From Schmidtea nova (lineage: Eukaryota): a stretch of 64,000 nt of DNA. Shown piece after piece: positions 54,292 through 64,000 of the stretch (position 1 is the first letter of the stretch; each line of letters begins with the position of its first letter). Both the position numbers and the translations under genes were made by a program. The stretch is taken from positions 499,162,001 to 499,226,000 of the forward strand of contig CM097882.1 of the NCBI GenBank assembly GCA_044892505.1. Reading direction: 5' to 3'. A model generated the notes under the pieces. It saw only the letters and a list, made by a program, of their open reading frames with translations. It did not search any database and was not told the DNA's origin.

Positions 54292-56346
54292 ATGCCTATG
54301 AAAAATAAATCAAAAATGGATGTTGAGTTGGAAACAGATAAGGTGGCATTAAAAAGAAAAATTGAAGATGAAAACAGAAAGTTTTAAGACAAGTGGGAAG
54401 ATATGTATTTTTTATTGAAACAAAGGACCGAATTGTGTGTCTTATTTGTCATCAAACAATTGCGGTAGCAAAAGAGCTCAATCTTAGTCACCACTATAAC
54501 ACACTTCATGGCAACAAATTCAAAAAATTCCATGGAAAACTAAGAGAAGAGAAAATTATTCAGTTCAAATCATCATTTGAAAAACAAACAAATTTTTCTC
54601 CAAGTGCAATAAAGTCAGTGAAGATTCTGTTAAAGCAAGCTATGTTCTCTGTGAAATGATAGCAAAAGCATCCAAACCTTTTACAGAAGGACTTTTTGTC
54701 TAGGAATGCATGGTACAAGCCTGCGAAATAATGTGCCCTGAAAAGAAGAAAGTGTTTGAGGGAATAATTCTATATGCTAATACAGTTTCTGCTCGAATTT
54801 CTGAGTTAGCAGATGACACAAAAAAAATAACTTTTCAATATCGCTAAAACATTTGAAGCATATTCCATAGCTATTGATGAGAGCACAGACACAACTGATA
54901 CAGCCCAATGTGCAGTCTTCATTAAAGGTGTTGACAAACATTTAATGATTACTGAGGAATTCCTAGAATTAATACCTTTGAAGGGCACAACAACAGGAAA
55001 AGATATTTTTCAAAAGCTTGAAGAGTGTATTGCTAAAGCTGAGCTACCTTGGTCAAAATTAGTTAATCTTGCAACAGATGGTGCTCCAGCAATGCTTTCA
55101 GAAAAAGTCGGAGTTGTTGGTCTATTTAAAAACAAATTTCAAATCCTCAGTTCTCACAGCAACAATTCATTTCATTTTGCATCAAGAAGCTCTGTGTGGT
55201 AAAAATGTTCAAATGAAAGAAGTAATGGAAATTGTGGTAAAAACAGTTAATTTTATTAGATCAAGAGGTGTAAACCACCGACAATTTTCTTCTTTCCTTC
55301 TTACCTATGGTTGCCAACATGGTGAACTTTTATATCACACTGAGGTAAGGTGGCTCAGTCGTGGAAAGGTTTTAAGAAGATTTTTCGATCTTTTGGATGA
55401 GATCGACTCATTCATGAAAATAAAAAACAAAGAAGTACCAGAACTCACAGACTCAAATTTCATCAGAAATCTTGCTTTTCTAACTGATATTACAGATCAC
55501 TTGAATGATCTGAATACAAAACTGCAAGGAAAAGATTTGATCATAACTTAAATGTATGATCACATCAAATCATTCAAAATCAAGCTGAACTTGTGGAACA
55601 AACAAATTTCCAATGGTAACTACATTCATTTTCAAACACTCAAGTCACTGAATAGATTGAACCCAATTGCTTGATAGTCTATTCAAGTATTCTTAACAAA
55701 CTCCTTCAACAGTTTGAGACACGATTTAAAGATTTTAAAATGCTTGAACCACAGTTCCAACTTTTTTCAACACCATTAGCTGTTGATGTTGAATCCGTGG
55801 CAGAGGAAATTCAGATGAAATTAGTGGAGCTTCAGTGTGATTCTATTTTAAAACAAAAGTACTCTGATGTTGGAATTCTTGAGTTTTATTCATATCTCCA
55901 ACAAGAAAGATTTCCAAGTTTGCATTCTCAGGCAGTAAAAATAATTGCAATGTTTGGAAGCACCTATCTTTGTGAATAATTTTTTTCATTGATGAAATTC
56001 AACAAATCTTCAACAAGAACAAAGTTAAGTGACGAACATTTACAAGCAACACTAAGACTGAACACATCTAAAAAGATTGTTCCTAATATTGATGCTCTTG
56101 TGGCGGCTAAACGTTGCCAACTAAGTAGCCAGAAATAAAAATAATATATTTGGCACTTTGTTTGTCTTTATTTAAATAATTTTGTGTTACATTTTTATGT
56201 TCATAATGTTTTTTTCCTATTTCTAATAAATTGCTATTATGATACATTCTTGAGTATTAATTTTCAAAATAAATTATGCTGCGCCCCGCCGGCTCATGAT
56301 ACTAGTCTAATGCGGTCCACATGCTAGTTTGAGTTTGAGACCCCTG
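54292..56346 (+). mobile_element. hAT (GTF2IRD2-like) transposon with frameshifted transposase (54292-56138) and right TIR
   Basis: CLICHQTIAV, SIAIDESTDTTDTAQ, LATDGAPAM, HQEALC, YHTEVRWLSRG and MFGSTYLCE motifs; right end TTTGAGACCCCTG. Confidence 0.9.
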
Positions 56347-57320
56347 ATCCAGAGGATTCTGATATACAAGGTGATTATTGTTATAAAGCGCACTAAGTCA
56401 AAGCATCCCATGGTGAAGCTTGATCGAATAATTAGAACGCTGTATTATTGCTGTGAATTGTAAAAAGATTGTATCAATTTAAGACAAATACACGTTGGGA
56501 GTGTTATTAGTTATTGATTTGTTTAAACACGAGGAGTCAGGCATCGACGATTATTATCTGATTTAATTAGACCCAACAACATCGAAAATCCCAACAAGTA
56601 AAAATTGTCTTCCAGAATTATGTTAGACACATTAATTAGCAGAAAACTCTTTATTTTTTTTTGTTAATTAAAAATTATTCCATACATAATATCTTGATTC
56701 GTTTTTATGAAAGATCTTTATATGACAATGGAACTGCTACTGATAATTTGTGGATCAAAATTCATTCTAGTCAACAAGTGGTAAAATTGATCAACGAAAC
56801 AAAAACCGAGTTCAGTTTTATATCTACAATCAGTTAATAAATATTATATAGCGGGCAGACCCAAATCAAAAGCTGTTATATACTATTGCGGAAAAGTTCA
56901 GGCAATCTTAGGCAGCAATAATAAATCTCAAATATTAATCTTTCAACTACAATCAAAGTCAATGTCAAAATTTGTCTTCACGAAAATCAATTTTATCGTC
57001 GCACACTATATTCTAATCTATAGCTAGTAACTTAAGTCGAAGACAAATTCTTTTAAGTCTTTTATAATAAAATAAACAACAATGATACAAATAAACTATA
57101 CCAATATCAGCCGACAACGCTTCTCGATAACATCATCTTCACCAATAATTCAATTGTAAATAATAAAACTTAATCAGCATTAAACAATGACAAAGAAATT
57201 GCGCGTGTTATATTATTCATAACAAAGGCTGACAAAAACTTGGAAAACATGCGCAAGGTTATGTTGGGTCCACCATTTGAGCAAATAGATGTAGGAATAC
57301 TAGAAGCCAATTCGATTTAT

Positions 57321-57827
57321 TTAATATATATTGAGTATTAATAGATAATTCAGTTTTTGTAGACGGGAATCTGGACCAATGATATCGAGAGTTGATCTGT
57401 ACAAACTCAGTGACTGTCTGTATAGATTGATTTCCTGTCCAGATAAATGATGCATTGAAATAGACTGATTGTGATCCAGAGAATTGATTGATAGGGTTGT
57501 GAAGTTAGGCATCTCAGATGGGTCCGAATTGAGGTTCATGAGAGGTGCCTTGATTGATAAACACATCTCTGTTTGTACAGGTTCTTTTCGCATTTCGACA
57601 TTGAAACATTTTCGCAATGTAGAGAACTGACAATTGCTTCTTCTTTGAATGTCAAATAAACAATAGAAACTTATGCATTCATGGTGTTGAACACGGCATT
57701 TGTTGCTATAAACTTTGCCGTCGGGTTCAGATTTTCGTTTTGACGTTTCGATATTGATATTGTCGTTGTTCAATAAAAATGAGTAATTGTGTAGATCTTG
57801 GATAAAATGTTGTGAATTCTCAATCAT
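57321..57827 (-). CDS. Hypothetical 168-aa ORF or exon, weak B-box-like Cys/His spacing
   Basis: CRVQHHECISFYCLFD...C loosely resembles a B-box; nothing else supports it. Confidence 0.25.
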   Translation of the reverse strand: MIENSQHFIQDLHNYSFLLNNDNINIETSKRKSEPDGKVYSNKCRVQHHECISFYCLFDIQRRSNCQFSTLRKCFNVEMRKEPVQTEMCLSIKAPLMNLNSDPSEMPNFTTLSINSLDHNQSISMHHLSGQEINLYRQSLSLYRSTLDIIGPDSRLQKLNYLLILNIY

Positions 57828-58344
57828 GAAAAATCAGTCGATGTAAATTGAGATGTTGACTGAAGACATCGAATCGTTTAAAGTTGCTTGCATTTTGTTT
57901 GTGTGATAAGCGTGAATATTAAATATGTGAATATTAAAACAACGTCCATTAATTTTTTTTGCTCCATTTAATAATTACTTAAATTAAATTAATTAATTTA
58001 AAAAATAAAAGAAATTTATAAAATTGAATATTTAATCTAAGGCACTACAATAAATAATAATAATAGATAAAAAAATAAATAAAGTAGAATAATACTACGA
58101 AAAGAGAATTAAATATAATAAATTAGAAATAATAGGAAAGAAATAAATAGTGTAATAAAAGTGATAAAAAATATAAATGCAATGTATAAAATATGACGGA
58201 AAATGAAATTTAAAGGTAGAAATAGAATAATATGTAAATAGTTAAATAAGAAATTAAATAAGAAAATTTCAAGTTAATTAAAACAAAAAATTAAATAGAT
58301 TTAGATATAAATAAATTATATTTTTGATCACCAGCTTCACGCTG

Positions 58345-58478
58345 ATTGGTCGGTGTGTTGATCTGATCAGTATAAATACTGAACCAGAATCTGACAATTA
58401 AAAATGATTTTTTTTTATCAAGAATTTTGTGAACTGAATTTTGTTATCAAAAACTTAGCGGAACGTGAAAGGTATGAA
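58345..58478 (+). promoter_or_regulatory. Unit E putative CCAAT and TATA boxes, first exon and splice donor
   Basis: ATTGG at 58345, TATAAATA at 58371-58378, AAAG|GTATGA at 58472; matches unit A. Confidence 0.55.
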
Positions 58479-58612
58479 TGCTTTATTTTATTGTTTTGTA
58501 TAGTTTATATCATGATTTTTGTCAAATATTTTAGCGATTTAATAAATTATGATAAAAATTTTGGATGTTCTTATATATATGTATTTTATATTAATGATGT
58601 ATGAAAAGTGTG

Positions 58613-58720
58613 CTCCTTCCACTGTGTATTCGGTGGAAGGAGGCGACCCTCTCAGGGGTAGCATAGTTGCCGTGTGGAGGGTTAGGCCATCTTCGTAGTA
58701 CTAGGTGCCGTGAAGACGGT
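58613..58720 (+). ncRNA. Unit E three-hairpin structured RNA element
   Basis: CTCCTTCCACT/GGTGGAAGGAG; GACCCTC/GAGGGTT with GGTAGC-ATA-GTTGCC; TCTTCGT/GTGAAGA with GTAC-TAG-GTGC. Confidence 0.6.
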
Positions 58721-59379
58721 AGGAATTTGATATTGAATTTTTTTTTGTTATTAATGCTGGCAAGTATAGCCAGATTGCTGTTACTTTTGCATTATCAAAT
58801 ACTTTTATATTATATTATCGTTTGATCAATACCTAAACTTTATTATTCACATTTATAAACGATGTATTCAGAGCAATACAGTGTTGTCCTTTCGAGATTT
58901 TGCGTCCGGAAGTATGTCGCACGAGGGGATCAGCATGATCTTTGTGGTTAATAATGAAACATTTAGACAAACACTCCCAAAATTAAGAGCTTCATGAAAA
59001 TAGTACCCCTTTTTGATTAAGGAGTGATTAGTAAAAAATGTATTGTCTAGAGCAGTAGAAATTTCATTCCATCAGTGACGATTGTTAATACTAGAATAGA
59101 GATTTGATATTTGACTTAAATCCATCACAGTAGGAGGATGAAGAGTTGATCAACAAACTATCGTTGAAGAAAGGTCCACCTCCAAAATCATTTCACAAAC
59201 GAATTCAACGCCGAAAAACACCATCTACTATAAAGCAAACATAAATTAGCATAATAATCAATGATAATGATACAAAAATTCAGGTAGGCAAATGAACCAC
59301 CACACATAATAACTACGATCAGCTAGGCAAAACTGATCAAATTTTCAACTATAAAAACAATAAAATTTAACTTAATAAA

Positions 59380-59507
59380 CTGATCCCTGTATATAGGGCA
59401 GAGGAATTAAACATTTGAAATTAAATTATTATCCTGATTGTTGTAGATAGCACAGGCATAAATGAATATTCTAAATAAATTAATCTGATAGCTGTACATA
59501 GCGACAG
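59380..59507 (+). promoter_or_regulatory. Unit E array of three TGTANATA hairpins
   Basis: TGTATATA, TGTAGATA and TGTACATA, each in CTGAT-stem-loop-stem-CAG at ~52-nt spacing. Confidence 0.6.
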
Positions 59508-59734
59508 TGTTCAGAACTTGTAGTATACTTTCTTCATTTTCTCATTTCAATATAATAATGATATAAACCTAAATGGAATCGTCATTTAAACAATGACATG
59601 AGGTCTGTCAGGGATTATGAAATGTATTGTCAAATCTAAGTAAATCATAAAGAATCTTAACTTCATTTTCTTATCAATCATTAAATACGAAGCTGAAAGT
59701 AAATCATGAATAATCACAATTGGTTTTCAGAATA

Positions 59735-60325
59735 ATGTCAACAAATCCCGCAACTTCATCAACTGAATTAGATAAGGTTTAGCGAATCATTCGCAGCCTG
59801 GAAAAGGAAGTCAATATCACCAGAGAAAAGTTGAAAAAATCGGAAACGTTAAATTCACATCTTCAAAAGATCTGGTTCAGTCCGGAGCAGATAAAACAGC
59901 AAATTATAAAAAATCAACGGGCCCAGAGAGCGGGAGAAGAGTACCGCATCGAACTCGAAGCGACGAAAATCGAGTTGCGAAAATGTCTCAACTCAGTTAC
60001 AACGTCCTTCATTGACAACGAGTTAAAAAATCTAATACGGCCAGATACCTACCAGCACTGGTCCGAGGTAAAAGCAGGATGCTCCAAAGGAACAAATACT
60101 GAAGGGCCATCACAAACCCCCGAGATCATCAGAAAAACTGCACCGAAAATCTCATCAGTAATTGAAGCTAAGAAAAGGAAGAAAAATAAAATGGGATCAA
60201 GACAGAGAAGATGGAAGAAGCAATTTTCACAACAAATAATCCATCACAATGATGAACTTCCAGAAATCGATCTGACGACAGATTTCATGGCATTTGACGA
60301 AGATTTTCTAAATTTCTTTGACTAA
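59735..60325 (+). pseudogene. Unit E coiled-coil protein (closest paralogue of A; TAG at 59780-59782 where A has TGG)
   Basis: Acceptor TTTTCAG at 59724-59730. Aligns along its whole length with 22227-22820. Confidence 0.8.
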
Positions 60326-60565
60326 TGGGCTGAATAGAAAACTTTGTTACTTATATAAAATTATAGTTTTATCTTGTTATTTTTTTTGTTGGGTTCATTT
60401 TTTTTGTTTGTGAATTATAGTAGTTAAAAATAAAGTAATTATTCAATTTCAAATTAAATTCGTCAAGTATAAATTATGTTTAGAAGGATATAAAAAATTT
60501 AATAAAGCTTACAAACAAATAACATTAGGAATATAAAGCAAAGGTATATTATGATTATTTGATTT

Positions 60566-60835
60566 AACTGTTGATATTGTAAAAAGAGGGCAGTAGCAAT
60601 AAAATGAAAGACAAGGGATTCAATAAAGTAAAGTGAAAGTAAAGCGTAAGTCCTTCTATCGGCAGCAATGGACCCGCGAACATAAATGGGGAGTAGTTCT
60701 AGAAATAGAGTTCACCTGCCCATCATTGTTCAAACACCTAGCACATTTCCAACTCGATTATCCAGGGAAATAATCGAGGGTGCTTGTGTGTCACATAAGC
60801 ATTTTATGTTTGGTCGTGGATGGAGGCATCCCTAG
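60566..60835 (+). ncRNA. Unit E downstream structured RNA
   Basis: Near-identical to 23054-23310; AGCAC/GTGCT closes the second domain. Confidence 0.7.
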
Positions 60836-61032
60836 AATGTTTTTCTCTTGTTTCAATTTAAACCCATTGCAGTGTTTCATTATTATTTAATTAAATAATA
60901 TTGCAAATATATGATAAATTATTTTGTTTAAATAACCAGAAGAAAAGAAAAAGTAGAAATTCAAATTTGGTAAGAATCAAAATTGTGATTTAAATAAATT
61001 AATGATCGTCTTATATTTGAATTCATAACAAA

Positions 61033-61494
61033 ATGGTGTCAGAAGAAAACCTAACAATTGGGAAAATGGATATCAAAACCAATGAGACAGAAGATTATCA
61101 ATTAGAAAACGTTTTCGCAGTGGAAAAACCGAAATTACCAGAGTTTTATTTAGGAAAAGATGGATCTCCAAAAATCTGGTTTGCAATATTTGAGGCAGCA
61201 AATGGGAAATATTCTTCAATGAACAAAGCGTTATTGTTGATTGCAGCTTTACCTAACAGCCTCTTACACGAGTTAGAAGAGAAACTAGAATCCATACTCG
61301 CGGATAAAGAGCCATATGGAAACCTAAAGTCTGCAATAGAGAAACAATACCTACCTCAGCAGAGCAATTTTATAGAGCTCTATTTCAAAACGCCAAGTTT
61401 AGGCACGTTAAAGCCATCCGAGTACATAAAAAAACTCAGAAGCGATTTAAATAAAATTCAAGAAGGTTCTGCCAACAATGATATTTTAATCAAG
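61033..61494 (+). pseudogene. Ty3/gypsy Gag (DUF7041-like) N-terminal part, interrupted by the LTR at 61495
   Basis: KLPEFY...PKIWFAIFE...ALP...KEPYGNLKSAI...LGTLKPSEYIKKLRS. Confidence 0.75.
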
Positions 61495-62271
61495 TGTTAG
61501 AAGATGGGCGTAGAATAAGGGTTTTAAAATTAAAACATTATACAGTAGGAAATGGAAGATACAGGATAAATATACATGTGGATCAGATGGCAATGACAAG
61601 TCAATAATCAATGGAAAATATCAAATTCAATGACATTATGATTTTAGTGATTTTATATGATAATATTTTATGTGATGACTATCTGGCAATTTTTATTTTT
61701 ATGGGATAATTTTATTTTGTTTCTATTAATAAAATATTGATGACAATTATATTTTATTGTGTAATGATAATTATATGGTTTGATAATGGATAATTTCATT
61801 TTTTTTGTTGTTGTGTATATATTTCGACAAACTCACTTCCATCGCCAAATATATCCCGGGTCAGGACCCCCCATACAAATATATATAAATAATTAATTTA
61901 ATTAATTTAAAACGCTCTCTAGGGGCTATTTAATTCTAAAATTAAAATTAATTTTCAATATTGACGCGAGGCGTCACAATCCAATTGTTTAGACACTTTA
62001 AGTGACAATAAGCACGCTTTTTTTTAAAAATATACAGATATTTTGGTTTAACGCTCTTCAAGAGCAATAAAAACAAATGTGAAAAATGACTTCAAGAGCA
62101 ATAAAAACNNNNNNNNNNNNNNNNNNNNNNNNNNNNNNNNNNNNNNNNNNNNNNNNNNNNNNNNNNNNNNNNNNNNNNNNNNNNNNNNNNNNNNNNNNNN
62201 NNNNNNNNNNNNNNNNNNNNNNNNNNNNNNNNNNNNNNNNNNNNNNNNNAATAATAATAGTGATAGTAGTA

Positions 62272-62316
<45 letters not shown>

Positions 62317-63208
62317 TTAATACAATATGTTGAGTCCTTTAACTAATAAATACATCATCTTGAAAAACTATTAATAACAATAATTTTATAGTAGTAATAA
62401 TAATAATAGTAATAAGTAACTTCATGATAGTGGTAATGATAATGATAATGACAATAATAATAATAAAAAAAAAGAAGATAAATAATTGCTTGAAAAGATA
62501 TAGTTATTAATGAATATGACTTGCTGATTTATAATATCATGTTATTTATTTTATCATTTTAAATATTTATTAATGACAAAGATGAAAACTGTAATATAAA
62601 TAATACTTAATAATTTTAATTTTCAGATAAGGGTAATTCATACATTAATTAAAACAAAATAATAATTAATAACATTGAAAATAGATAGAAATAAATTACA
62701 ATAAGATTAATATAATCAATAAAGCATAGGTATCAACCTGATATAAATTATCACATGTTTAAACATTAAGGATGCTGGTAAAAAGGATAATTCTAAATAT
62801 AGTAATTGTTGTGTGTACTATTATAAATAGAAAAATTGTTTATTAAAAACAAATATTATTGACAGAAAACAACTCTTGTCACTTGAAGTTAAGCACCACA
62901 GAATTTAACTATATAAGCAAACGTTTTTCTCAGTCAAACCACCCATAAAATCTTTGCGTAAGAAGAATTTCATAGTTGTTATCGACTATTGAAATAATAA
63001 TTTCGAGCATACAAGATATCGAGCTCAGAAGGCATTCACGCATACACACGCATACATATATAGTTTCACATTAAAGGAACGACATTGTAAATCTTTAATA
63101 ATTTTTTTGAGGTAATTTGTAATTGTTATATTTGAATAAAATCTTTTAACCAGTGTTATCTTATTTATTTATATAAGATACCAAGTTGAGATTCTGGGAA
63201 CCTCAACA
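61495..63208 (+). mobile_element. 5' LTR (~1.7 kb, includes gap 62109-62249) of a long-LTR Ty3/gypsy element running off the window
   Basis: TGTTAGAAGATGGG...CCTCAACA termini, followed by a PBS and a gag ORF. Confidence 0.88.
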
Positions 63209-63210
63209 TT

Positions 63211-63228
63211 TGGTGCCGCGAACCGGGA
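63211..63228 (+). promoter_or_regulatory. Primer-binding site
   Basis: TGGTGCCGCGAACCGGGA begins 2 nt after the LTR-terminal CA. Confidence 0.8.
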
Positions 63229-63408
63229 ATAAATTAAAGTGAATAAATCAATTTGGGGGATAGGAATTGAGATCAGAGGGATATTGTATATTGGGATTAT
63301 TTATAAATATAAAAATTATTGGACATTAAATTTTCGAGATAATAGTGAAATAACATTGATAATCAACCCGAAATAATTTATAATTTGAGAAACCGAATAG
63401 TATATAGA

Positions 63409-64000
63409 ATGGCGCAAAATAATGAAAATAATGATAATATAAGACATATTTGGCAAAATAGAGATGAGGATAATAATAACCGTAACATTTTGATAAAAAC
63501 ATTACCCATAGAGCATTATAGGGGTGAACCTGAAAAATTTGATGATTTTTTCGATGAAATTGCTCAGTGTGCAGAAGCTTGTGGATGGACAAGAGATGAA
63601 TTAAAAAGAAGAATACCGTTATATTTAAAGGGGTATGCATTACAAGCATATAATAATTTAGAGTGTAAGGGTAGAAATTGGGAAGATTTAGTTGATAATT
63701 TGAGAGGTGAAATAGTAATCGAGCGAGATTTACAAAAGATAAATGTACAAAAATTTCGAAATAGATATCAAGGGAGCAGAGAAACAATTGGAGAGTATGT
63801 TTATAATTTAACTGAATTAGCTCGAAAGGCCTTCGGTGTGGGAGAACATACTACAAGACTAATTGAGGATCAATTTTGGAATGGTATCCAAAAACATTTA
63901 TACAAATCTTTGATCATGGTAGAATATGAGGATTTAAATGAGTTAGTACAAAAGGCACGAAGAATTGAAGCAATACAGAGGGATAGATTTAGTTCTGTGA
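63409..64000 (+). CDS. Ty3/gypsy Gag, open to the window edge (absent from the supplied ORF track)
   Basis: MAQNNEN...YRGEPEKFDDFFDEIAQCAEACGW...IPLYLKGYALQAY...FRNRYQGSRETIGEYVYNLTELARKAF...DQFWNGI; no stop before 64000. Confidence 0.88.
   Translation, partial: MAQNNENNDNIRHIWQNRDEDNNNRNILIKTLPIEHYRGEPEKFDDFFDEIAQCAEACGWTRDELKRRIPLYLKGYALQAYNNLECKGRNWEDLVDNLRGEIVIERDLQKINVQKFRNRYQGSRETIGEYVYNLTELARKAFGVGEHTTRLIEDQFWNGIQKHLYKSLIMVEYEDLNELVQKARRIEAIQRDRFSSV

Noticed and set aside
59780-59782. TAG where homologs have TGG (also 26664-26666 and the tubulin Trp), suggesting ADAR amber/W editing
   Set aside because: TGG to TAG/TGA is a common one-step G-to-A nonsense change in an AT-biased genome, and the same copies carry other lesions.

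Overview
AT-rich eukaryotic (probably invertebrate; host not identifiable) scaffold window with three N-gaps. It is essentially a nested mobile-element graveyard. It holds one clearly intact host-like gene (intronless RING-finger ORF, 4971-6521), Ty3/gypsy pieces of two families, and a degraded Polinton/Maverick (pPolB, penton, core-like). It also holds several DNA-transposon relics (hAT, pogo, Tc1/IS630, piggyBac-like, Chapaev-like), intronless alpha-tubulin and EF-1beta pseudogenes, a rhabdovirus nucleoprotein EVE, and an open 1154-aa ubiquitin/mtHsp70/ubiquitin/BEL-Pao-Gag chimera bounded by two perfect fold-back palindromes. The least explained signal is a family of five diverged, co-oriented units (A ~20.8-23.3 kb, B ~26.2-27.4 kb, C ~33.3-34.2 kb, D ~51.0-52.4 kb, E ~58.3-60.8 kb). 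Each has a splice acceptor just before a small coiled-coil ORF with a basic/Arg-rich motif, and four of the five end in an NES-like tail. The ORFs are followed by non-coding RNA structures with compensatory base changes between copies. In E, and in a minus-strand relative at ~10.5 kb, this RNA region lies upstream of a gypsy Gag. My working hypothesis (inference only) is a Rev/RRE-like protein-plus-response-element system in an LTR retrotransposon. All family assignments come from motif recognition by eye; no searches were run.
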